Below are positions 53,313 to 64,000 of a stretch of 64,000 nt of DNA, in pieces; positions within the stretch are counted from its first letter, which is position 1; every line of letters begins with the position of its first letter. The notes beneath the pieces were generated by a model. It had not been told where the DNA came from. It worked only from the letters and a program-made list of their open reading frames with translations, and made no database searches. This stretch comes from Eledone cirrhosa (Eukaryota), in assembly GCA_964016885.1 (NCBI GenBank), contig OZ024741.1, positions 239,754,001-239,818,000 of the forward strand, given 5' to 3'. The position numbers and the translations under genes are program-made.

Positions 53313-54206
53313 TCTAGCTAAGACAAAAGTGTTGATGAGTAGAAAAGAGGACAAAACCCTGATTCCGTCAGGGAAATGGCCATGTTCGATATGCAGAAAA
53401 GGAACTGGCATAAATTCTATAAAATGCACACAATGCAGGTCCTGGGTACACAAGAGATGTAGCGGGATAGCAGGCAAACTAACAGGTAGGGAGAAATATG
53501 TATGCAGTAGATGTACAGGGAAATTAGACAGTAGAAGTCGCACTGATAGACACATTTTTCAAATGCGAGAGGGCGCTATAGAAGTGGTGGATAGCTTCCG
53601 GTACCTAGGAGATCAGATTAGCATGGGAGGAGGGTGTTCCGAGGCCATAGTATCTAGAATAAGGACGGGTTGGAAGAAGTTTAGGGAGCTGCTTCCTCTG
53701 TTGACGAAGAAGGGTTTCTCCCTGCGTACGAAAGGCCGATTGTATGATGCCTGTGTGAGGAGCGCGATGCTGCATGGTAGTGAGACATGGGCAGCAACCG
53801 CAGAGGATATGCGACGGCTGGAGAGAAATGAGGCAAGCATGCTCCGTTGGATGTGCAATGTAAATGTGCGTGAACGACCCAGCATAAATGTGTTGAGAGA
53901 GAAACTGTGTCTGAGAGGGATAGAATGTAGTGTACGGGAGAGGAGACTGAGGTGGTATGGACATGTGATGCGCATGGAGGATGACCGATGGGTGAAGAAG
54001 TGCCAGGAAATGCCAGTTGAAGGAAGACGTGGTAGAGGTAGACCACGAAAAACATGGGCGGAGGTGGTGAGAACAGACCTCAGATCATTGAAGCTCATGG
54101 TGGAGATGACGAGGGACCGTGACGAGTGGAGAGATGCTGTGCTGAATAAGACCCGTCCCACCCTTGCAAGCAGGGAAAAGCGGACGTAAAATGATGATGA
54201 TGATGA
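53313..54206 (+). mobile_element. RTE family B 3' fragment in (TA)n, frame intact
   Basis: [11 protein letters not shown]-like finger..[20 protein letters not shown]; (GAT)n tail. Confidence 0.95.
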
Positions 54207-54218
54207 TATATATATTTG

Positions 54219-54250
<32 letters not shown>

Positions 54251-54290
54251 TTTGTATATATATATATATTTGTATCTATATATATATATT

Positions 54291-54353
<63 letters not shown>

Positions 54354-54359
54354 ATATAT

Positions 54360-54407
<48 letters not shown>

Positions 54408-54663
54408 GTATATATATATGTATGTATATGTATATATATATATATGTATATGTATATATATATGTACATATATATATGTATATATATATGTATATGTGTA
54501 TATGTATATATATATGTATATATATATGTATATATGTACATGTATATATATATGTATATATATATATATGTATGTATATATATATGTATGTATATATATA
54601 TTATGTACATATATATATATAAACAGATTAGAGCAAACATCATGGGCGATCTATCTCAAAATT

Positions 54664-54702
54664 ATTTTTGAAAAGCATTAGAAATGCGCAACCGGTAAAA
54701 AC
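54664..54702 (+). ncRNA. Degenerate minimal hammerhead motif
   Basis: ttt-TTGAAAA-gcatt(aga)aatgc-GCAA-ccgg-TA-aaa; U3:A8 core pair, palindromic CCGG loop, GAAA mutated to GCAA. Confidence 0.5.
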
Positions 54703-54810
54703 TTAAAACTAAAACTGAATACTAACTAATACTTATTACTAATTTTTACTTATTCCTAATTAAACTATTTTTCACTGGGAAAAATTTGTCAGCATTTTCT
54801 TTTCCTCTTA

Positions 54811-54868
<58 letters not shown>

Positions 54869-54894
54869 TGTATATATGTATGTATATATGTATG

Positions 54895-54927
<33 letters not shown>

Positions 54928-54984
54928 TTATGTATGTATATATACAAATATATCTATATGTATGTATATATATAAGTATGTATA

Positions 54985-56143
54985 TATGTGGCCGGTGCTC
55001 TGGTGCAATAAGTAGCAGCAAGTGCCCACCAAATACTAACTCTTTCAATTGCGCAGAGGGTTCTATAGAAATAGTGGACAGCTTCCGTTACCTGGGTGAC
55101 AAAATCAGCAGTGGGGGAGGGTGCTCTGAAAGTACAGTAGCTAGAGTCAGAACTGGATGGAAAAAGTTCAGAGAGCTTATACCACTATTAGCCTCTAAAG
55201 TGTTCTCCCTAAAAATGAAAGGCAGGTTGTATGATGCCTGGATACGAACAGCAATGTTGCATGGCAGTGAGACCTGGGCATTGTGTGCAGAGGATATACG
55301 CAGACTAGAGAGAAACGAAGCTTGCATGCTCCGCTGGATGTGTAATAGTAATATACGTGCATGGCAAAGCATAAATGAACTAAGGAAAAAATTAGAAATA
55401 AGAGGGATCAGATGCTGTTTACTGGAGAGAAGGCTACGTTGGTATGGTCACGTGATGCGTATGAAAGATGACAGCTGTATAACAAAGTGCAGGGCAATAA
55501 AGATAGATGGTAGCCACGAACTAGGCAGACCCAGGAAAACCTGGGACGAGCTGATAAATTCCGACGTCACACACTTACACCTCTCCAAGACAATGTCACT
55601 GGACCGAGACCTTTGGCGGTACTCAGTAACAGAGAAGACCCGCCTTACCTAAATACAAAGTAAAACCTACTAGTCAGTAGGCATCTCTAGCAAAATACAC
55701 CCCCGTCCCACCCCATCCACACCGCCCCCTTCAATGCAAAGTTATGTTGGTGCCACAACATCCAGGCCGAAACAAATGAGATCGTGTAGGTGTCACGACA
55801 AAAAACACACAGTCCACGCTGTAATGTGGCCGTGTAGGCAACACGGTAAAAACCTCCCAGTCCCACACTGTAAATGTGGTTGGTGTTAGGAAGGGCATCC
55901 AGGTGTAGAAAACACGCCAGACAGTCCACGCTGTAAATGTGGCCGTGTAGGCAACACGGTAAAAACCTCCCAGCCCCACACTGTAAATGTGGTTGGTGTT
56001 AGGAAGGGCATCCAGCTGTAGAAAACCCGCCAGACAGTCCTATGCGAACAAGACAACCACTCTTGCCTCAAGTGGGAAAACCCCCGTCCAAACCCATGCA
56101 AGCGTAGAACAGGGACGTTAAACGATGATGATGATGATGATGA
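54985..56143 (+). mobile_element. RTE family A 3' fragment, 3' UTR with internal ~119-bp tandem duplication
   Basis: Open frame 54985-55652 (CGRC..RYLGD..SETW..RPRKTW); duplicated block about 55808-56040; (GAT)n tail. Confidence 0.93.
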
Positions 56144-56170
56144 TATATATATATATGTATATATGTATGT

Positions 56171-58865
56171 ATCATCATCATCATCATCATCATTTTACGT
56201 CCGCTTTTCCCTGCTTGCAAGGGTGGGACGGGTCTTATTCAGCACAGCATCTCTCCACTCGTCACGGTCCCTCGTCATCTCCACCGTGAGCTTCAATGAT
56301 CTGAGGTCTGTTCTCACCACCTCCGCCCATGTTTTTCGTGGTCTACCTCTACCACGTCTTCCCTCAACTGGCATTTCCTGGCACTTCTTCACCCATCGGT
56401 CATCCTCCATGCGCATCACATGTCCATACCACCTCAGTCTCCTCTCCCGTACACTACATTCTATCCCTCTCAGACACAGTTTCTCTCTCAACACATTTAT
56501 GCTGGGTCGTTCACGCACATTTACACTGCACATCCAACGGAGCATGCTTGCCTCATTTCTCTCCAGCCGTCGCATATCCTCTGCGGTTGCTGCCCATGTC
56601 TCACTACCATGCAGCATCGCGCTCCTCACACAGGCATCATACAATCGGCCTTTCGTACGCAGGGAGAAACCCTTCTTCGTCAACAGAGGAAGCAGCTCCC
56701 TAAACTTCTTCCAACCCGTCCTTATTCTAGATACTATGGCCTCGGAACACCCTCCTCCCATGCTAATCTGATCTCCTAGGTACCGGAAGCTATCCACCAC
56801 TTCTATAGCGCCCTCTCGCATTTGAAAAATGTGTCTATCAGTGCGACTTCTACTGTCTAATTTCCCTGTACATCTACTGCATACATATTTCTCCCTACCT
56901 GTTAGTTTGCCTGCTATCCCGCTACATCTCTTGTGTACCCAGGACCTGCATTGTGTGCATTTTATAGAATTTATGCCAGTTCCTTTTCTGCATATCGAAC
57001 ATGGCCATTTCCCTGATGGAATCAGGGTTTTGTCCTCTTTTCTACTCATCAACACTTTTGTCTTAGCTAGATTTACTCTCAGTCCTCTTGCTTCCAACTG
57101 CTGTTTCCATAGCCGGAATTTATTCTCTAGCTCCTCTACTGATTCTGCCATAAGAGCCAGATCGTCAGCATAGAGAAGTTCCCATGGACAGCCAGTCTTA
57201 AACTCCTCTGTTATGGCTTGGAGGACTATAATGAACAAGAGCGGGCTGAGGACCGAACCCTGATGTACTCCTACTTGTATCTGGAATTCCTCACTAAACT
57301 CCATTCCTACCCTGACTTTACTGAGAGTACCTCTGTACAAAGTTTGCACTGTCCTCACAAGCCATTCCTCAACACCCAGCTTCCTTAGGGACCACCAGAT
57401 GACAGATCGGGGTACCCTATCAAAGGCCTTCTCTAGGTCAACAAAGGCTAAGTATAGTGGCTTATTCTTCTCTAAGAACCTCTCTTGCATTTGTCTCACC
57501 AAGAAGAGGGCATCTGTTGTACTCTTCCCAGGCACAAAACCAAACTGCATCTCATCTAGTTTGACCCTTTCTCTAATTAGTTGTGCTAAAATCCTTTCTG
57601 CCACTTTCATAACCTGATCTATCAGCTTTATACCCCTATAATTGCTCCTCTCCAAAGCATCCCCTTTACCTTTGTAGCAATTTATGAGAATACTGCTGCA
57701 CCAGTCTTTGGGTATGACACCACCATATATAGCCTGATTGATGATGCGTGCAACCAGTTTAGTGCCTACGTCCCCTGATGCCTTCAGCATCTCAGCAACT
57801 ATTCCCGATGGTCCGGCCGCCTTACCCTTTTTCATTTCCCTAATCGACTCTTGGACCCTATATTCGTCAATCTCAATAGCTGGTCCCTCTGTCGGATCTA
57901 CCAAGGGTAATTTCTCTCTCTCCCATTCGTTCTCCACATTCATCAGTCTCTCATAATGACATTTCCAGGCCTCCTTTTTCTGGTCATTCGTGACACTAAG
58001 TACACCGGCATCATCCCGGACACATTTATCACCAACAACATCCTGATTTGCATTGACACACTGCCTTGCAATGTGGAACACCGCACGCCTCTGATCTTCC
58101 CGTCGCAGAACATTGGCAAACTTCCTACTCTCTGCCTCCCTGCGTGCTAAGTACACCTGACGTCTAGCTTCTCTCTTAGTGGCTGTATATTCTTCCCTAC
58201 TCCCACCCTTTTTCCAAGCCTTCCATGCTAGTCTTTTGTCTCTAATAGCCTTATCTACTGTGCTGTTCCACCACCAGGTCACTCTCTGTCTGGTTGGAGC
58301 TCTGCTCCAGCCACAGGTTTCATCAGTAGCCTGCAGCAAGTTGACACGTAAGAACTTCCAGTTATTATCTATGTCATACGTCTCTAAATCGTCTTCTTTT
58401 TCGTCATATACATCTTGAAGGGCTTTCCTAAATTTGAATTTTAGTGAAAGGTCTTTTAGCTTCCAGACCTTTCTTCTCCACACCTTCCTATATGTCTCAT
58501 TCCATCTCTTGCTTACTGAGATATCACTAACAACTAACCTATGCTGTGGGGTACATTCTTCCCCAGGGTATGCCTTGGTATTAGACACTATCTGCCTGTC
58601 CCGCTGCCTAACTAGCAGGAAGTCAATCTGGTTTATGTGCTCACCAGATTTGTAGGTTATTAGGTGATTGGCAGGTTTCTGGAAGTTTATGTTGCAAATA
58701 GTCTATGTACTTGCATCACAAAATTCAAGAAGTCTCACTCCTTCTTCATTTCTTGAACCGTAACCGTGCCTACCATGTACCCCAGTGTAACCATCCTGGA
58801 GCTGTCCAACATGACCATTGAAGTCTCCTGCTAGCATAACGATGTCTCCGTCCTCTGTCATTGTG
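56171..58865 (-). mobile_element. RTE family B, young 5'-truncated copy (C-terminal APE + RT + PHD-like finger)
   Basis: 797-aa uninterrupted ORF 56195-58588 with FVDLEKAFD, QGSVLSP, YADD; upstream [10 protein letters not shown] separated by one stop; (TA)n on both sides. Confidence 0.97.
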
Positions 58866-58948
58866 GTATATATATATATATGTATATATGTATATATATA
58901 TATATGTATGTATATATGTATGTATATATATATATGTATGTATATATG

Positions 58949-59022
<74 letters not shown>

Positions 59023-59076
59023 TATATATATATGTATGTATATATGTATGTATATATATATATGTATGTATATATG

Positions 59077-59172
<96 letters not shown>

Positions 59173-59348
59173 GTTCAAGAGTAACCAATCTTAAAGAGAG
59201 AGATGGAGATAGGAGAGGAGATAGGAGAGGAGAGATTGGTGAATTAGTTAGAAGCCAAAGCATAAAGGCATGTGCTCAATGTGCAATATGCAGTAGAAAG
59301 CAGCTAGGTAGCTGGGTTCATGCAGAAGTTAGGCGTGCAGAGCTGGAA

Positions 59349-60283
59349 ATATTCATTAGTTAAGCAAAACAAGACCACAAATTTCACAAAGAAGACATTA
59401 TTAAAAGATTGTCAACATATTTTAGTTTGATGTAAGGAATGTAGAGAATAATAATAATAATGTCCGTTTACAATTGTTTCGCTACTCCATATAATATTTC
59501 TGGATCAGATGACTCTATATCATTATTGATCTGGTTCAGTTGAAAATAATTAACATATTTAAAAACAGAGCGGCTCATCGGAACTTCAAAGGAATATAAA
59601 TTAAAATAAGAAAAGAATGTTACACAATGTTCCATATATTGGTATTTCACTATGGTGTCCTGGCTGTATCAATTGTCAGCCATAATCAAGCAGTATTCAT
59701 CAGACTCGACAGATGAATACTGCTTGATTATAGCTGACAATTGATACAACCAGGACACCATAGTGAAATACCAATATATGGAACATTACATTATGTAACA
59801 TTCTCTTCTTATTTTAATTTATATTCCTTTGAAGTTCCGATGAGTCGCTCTGTTTTTAAATATGTTCATTATTTTCAACTGAACCAGATCAATAATGATA
59901 TATAGTCATCTGATCCAGAAATATTATATGGAGTAGCGAAACAATTGTAAACAGACATTATTATTATTAATATTATAAGGGCGGTGGATTGGCAGTATCG
60001 GTAAGGTCGGACGCCATGCTTTCTAGCATAGTTACGTCCCTTTACGATCTGAGTTCAAATCCCGCCGAGGTTGACTTTGCCTTTCATCCTTACGGGGTCG
60101 ATAAAATAAAGTACCAGTAATGCACTGGGTAATTGCTGGCCTTGTGCCTAAAGTAGAAACAATTATTATTAATATTATTATTATTATTCTCTATATTCCT
60201 TACATCAAACTAAAATATGTTGACAATCTTTTAATAATGTCTTCCTTGTGAAATTCGTGGTCTTGTTTTGCTTAACTAATGAA

Positions 60284-60286
<3 letters not shown>
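59349..60286. repeat. Fold-back inverted repeat (arms about 355 bp, spacer about 10 bp) with a long-stem-II hammerhead in each arm; SINE in right arm
   Basis: Arms 59349-59701 and 59711-60286; + copy 59834-59952: gtt-CCGATGA-gtcgctc[~80 nt]gagtagc-GAAA-caattg-TA-aac; minus copy 59466-59584. Confidence 0.85.
59979..60162 (+). mobile_element. tRNA-derived SINE, intact
   Basis: gggcggtggattggcagtatcggt A-box, gagttcaaatccc B-box, gcctttcatccttacggggtcgataaaataaagtacc central domain; sits in (ATT)n. Confidence 0.92.
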
Positions 60287-60320
<34 letters not shown>

Positions 60321-60321
60321 C

Positions 60322-60404
<83 letters not shown>

Positions 60405-60451
60405 GTATGTATATGTATGTATATATATATATGTATATATATGTATGTATG

Positions 60452-60486
<35 letters not shown>

Positions 60487-60638
60487 GTATGTATATATAT
60501 ATATATTTATGTATATATATATGTATGTATATGTATACATATATGTATGTATATGTATATATATATGTATGTATATATATATATATATATGTGTGTATGT
60601 ATATATATATATATATGTATGTATATATATATATGTAT

Positions 60639-60672
<34 letters not shown>

Positions 60673-60687
60673 GCATATATATGTATG

Positions 60688-60724
<37 letters not shown>

Positions 60725-60882
60725 GTATATATATATATGTATATATATGTATGTATATATATATGTATGTATATATATATATGTATATATATGTATGTAT
60801 ATATATGTATATATATATGTATGTATATATATATATGTATGTATATATATGTATATATATATGTATGTATATATATATATGT

Positions 60883-61034
60883 ATCTGTTAGAACACGAAA
60901 AGTGTGAAACAACAGAATGTTCACTTTTCGTGTTCTAACATATATGCCTAGCTTCTTCATAAATTTTTCGGGGATAGCCGTGGTGGTGGTGATCGTATGT
61001 CATTGGCTAATTTTCAACCAATCAGAGTAAGTGT

Positions 61035-61073
<39 letters not shown>

Positions 61074-61870
61074 TATATATATATATTTATACTATTCCCC
61101 CTCTCTCTATATATATCTTACGCTTTCGCTTTACACTCCTCCCCTTCAATAACACATTTCCCCCTCTCTATATATCTCTTCCACTGTTACTTACGCCTGT
61201 TTCTCTCTATCTGTTCCGTCTCTATATATATCTCTCTTACTCTTTCGCTTTGCACTCCTCCCCTTCAATACCATCTCTCCCCCTCTCTATATATTTGTTA
61301 CTCTATCGCTGCACGCTCCTCTCCTTCAATATATCAATTACACACGCTTTACACTCCTTTATCCCCAGCGTCCCTATATATACACCCCCCCTCCCGCATC
61401 TATATTTTAATGTTCCGTTGCACCGTGAATATATGTGTCTATATATCTGTTAGAACACGAAAAGTGTGAAACACAGAATGTTCACTTTTCGTGTTCTAAC
61501 ATATATGCCTAGCTTCTTTAAAAATTTTTCGGGGATAGCCGTGGTGGTGGTGATCGTATGTCATTGGCTAATTTTCAACCAATCAGAGTACCTCTCTCTA
61601 TATCTCTTCCACTGTTACTTACGCCTGTTTCTCTCTATCTGTTCCGTCTCTATATATATCTCCTACTCTTTCGCTTTGCACTCCTCCCCTTCAATACCAT
61701 CTCTCCCCCTCTCTATATATTTGTTACTCTATCGCTGCACGCTCCTCTCCTTCAATATATCAATTACACACGCTTTACACTCCTTTATCCCCAGCGCCCC
61801 TATATATACACCCCCTCTCCCGCATCTATATTTTAATGTACCGTTGCACCGTGAATATATGTGTCTATAT
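60883..61870 (+). repeat. Head-to-tail tandem dimer of a non-coding unit starting with a 19-bp-stem hairpin
   Basis: tgttagaacacgaaaagtg..cacttttcgtgttctaaca at 60886-60940 and 61448-61501; the second unit lacks about 140 bp. Confidence 0.85.
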
Positions 61871-62039
61871 ATATATATACATATATATTGTATATACACA
61901 TTCATGTATGTGTATACACACTCATGTATGTATATACACTGGTTTTATGTGTGTATTGTAAATTTGTACTGTTAAAACACGAAACTAACATTCGATTGAC
62001 ACTTTGATTACCTGTACAGGCAATAGTTATTAGAATGCT

Positions 62040-62076
62040 GTTGAAGTGTGTATATATTTTTGGGGGACATCCTGTA
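62040..62076. mobile_element. Solitary Tc1/mariner-like terminal repeat
   Basis: ..gtgtgtatatatttttgggggacatcctg|TA; partner end not identified. Confidence 0.4.
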
Positions 62077-62191
62077 TATACACACATTATATATAATACA
62101 ATAAACAGATAAATACACACATATATATATGAGCTTATTTAATTATAAATATTGTGAATTTTTAACTCAGTTCAATTATATATATAAATGG

Positions 62192-62238
62192 CTTCTACAG
62201 GACTAGAACTGTTTCATTCGAAAGAAATCATCATAATA
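62192..62238 (-). ncRNA. Degenerate hammerhead of the 43984/45002 family
   Basis: ttctacaggactagaactgtttcattc identical to 43987-44013; core reads ATGATGA; stem I broken. Confidence 0.55.
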
Positions 62239-62636
62239 TTGAGAGGGGGGACTAGATAAAATATTTCAAATCAAATGTGTATAAGTTATAAGTTAAAATG
62301 TATAAATAGAGACGATAGTGGAGGTATATCTGTTTAGTGGAACAGTAGACGATAGAATTAAATACAGACGATAATCTCCCTTTAATGAAACAGCAGACGA
62401 TAGAATTAAGGCAATTTAAATTTTAAGCATTTGCATTTTTGCCTTTCATCGTTACGGGGTCGATAAAATAAAGTACCAGTAATACACTGTCACTAGACGA
62501 CTTTCAAATTGAATTGTTGGTTCCATTTCTTTAGTATTTTCAATTGTAGTTATCTACTTAAAAAGCGTTACACGGTTAGAGACATAATTCGTAAGTTATA
62601 TCTTCCCTATTAAACCATTGCATTATTTCGCCTACA

Positions 62637-62822
62637 GGGCGGTGAATTGGCAGTATCGGTAGAGGGTTGGACGCCATGCTTTCTAGCATAGTTACGTCCC
62701 TTTACAGTCTGAGTTCAAATCCCGCCGAGGTTAACTTTGCCTTTCATCCTTACGGGGTCGATAAAATAAAGTACCAGTAATGTACTGGGTAATTTGCTGG
62801 CCTTGTGCCTAAAGTAGAAACA
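62637..62822 (+). mobile_element. tRNA-derived SINE, intact, with 15-bp TSD
   Basis: TSD attatttcgcctaca at 62622-62636 and 62823-62837; A and B boxes. Confidence 0.95.
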
Positions 62823-63046
62823 ATTATTTCGCCTACAATAGAACAAAAATGAAATGTTCTTTAAAGAAACAGGAATATAACTTTATAAAAAAAAAAGTTG
62901 CATCCGCTTCTTTTATCATTGATAATTTTTTCGTTTTAATATTAATTGTTTTTTGTAGTTGTTTATATTAAAAATCTTACTGTAATATTTACTTAAACGA
63001 AGGCAAACATCTAAACTTATAGATTAATCTTGAGCGAAGGACTAGA

Positions 63047-63049
<3 letters not shown>

Positions 63050-63140
<91 letters not shown>
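63050..63140. repeat. (CT)n(TA)n compound microsatellite
   Basis: Directly visible. Confidence 0.97.
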
Positions 63141-63143
<3 letters not shown>

Positions 63144-63525
63144 GAAGAATGATAAAATTTCAAGCAAAGAGTTTAATTAGGTATATTTTGTAATATTATT
63201 AACTAATTATTATAATTAACGCGCATATTTTGCTATCCTCAAACACGTTTACACATGGCATGAAATATAACTAATCCGAGATGGCTAGGTTTCATCTTCT
63301 AACTGGATAAACGAAATCCATTATGTCTTGACAACAACATGAGGTAACATTATGTTATTCACAGACACACTTTGTACACTGTTCCATATCAGAATGTATT
63401 TCCTTCGTCACATTCACAAACAGTATTGAAAATATGTTCTTCGGCAAATAAAAATGTTTTGTTCATAATATTTCAACTAGCGATTGCTCTACTTCACGCA
63501 CGACCACCATAAATTAATGACCAGC

Positions 63526-63705
63526 TCAACACAAGTATTGGTAGAGCGTCAGACACCATGCTTTGCAGTATTGTTATGGTCCTTTGCATTCTAAGTTCAA
63601 ATCCTGCCGAGGTTAACTTCGACTTTCATACTTACTAATTCGATAAAATAAAGTACCAGTAATGGACTGCCGTAATGGATTTGTGCCGAAAAATAGAAAC
63701 ACTAT
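63526..63705 (+). mobile_element. Older SINE copy
   Basis: gttcaaatcctgccgaggttaac..cgataaaataaagtaccagtaat. Confidence 0.8.
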
Positions 63706-64000
63706 TAATGTGCAATAAGAGCAAAATATAACGACATTGCTCAATTATTTTATCTAATGTTGTAATAACACAAGGAAATGTTGTTTGTGTATTTTTTTTT
63801 ATATTTGCTCATAGGCTTTTACAATTTCGCTCAGCCAACAACTATTAAAAAGTGAGTTGCTTAAGATAACAATTTAATCACAAATTGTTGCTATCTTTTA
63901 ATACACTCCAACAAGTCATCAAATTATGTACAATAAAAACAAATCTTATTAATTTGCTCAGGGAATATAAAGAAAATGTATATACACTGATAATTGCAAA

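Noticed and set aside
59979-63705. tRNA genes
   Set aside because: A/B boxes belong to dispersed SINE heads with a shared body and TSDs; no cloverleaf

Overview
Repeat-saturated animal genomic DNA, not prokaryotic. The RTE LINEs with (GAT)n tails, tRNA-derived SINEs and very long (TA)n/(TATATG)n tracts suggest a mollusc, probably a cephalopod (inference only). Most long ORFs in the track are microsatellite or antisense artefacts. Supported content: many RTE LINE copies (two main families, one young, both with a PHD-like finger after the RT), a near-complete R4/Dong-type RLE retrotransposon, CR1 and CRE fragments, Penelope GIY-YIG fragments, a DD37D Tc1/mariner element, a hAT MITE, SINEs, nested non-autonomous Helitrons with a paralogous empty site inside the window, and three probable terminal exons of a minus-strand host gene (38.5-39.9 kb). 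The most striking signal is a dense set of minimal type-I hammerhead ribozyme motifs (about 15 copies in about 9 unrelated sequence families). Most lie in small non-coding islands between (TA)n tracts. Five islands are long fold-back inverted repeats with the two ribozymes pointing outward, and one motif is attached to a Penelope endonuclease fragment. The motifs show palindromic stem III, U3:A8 core covariation and partial-tandem (circularly permuted) units, which suggests a Penelope-mobilised retrozyme-like system. All folds and alignments were done by eye.
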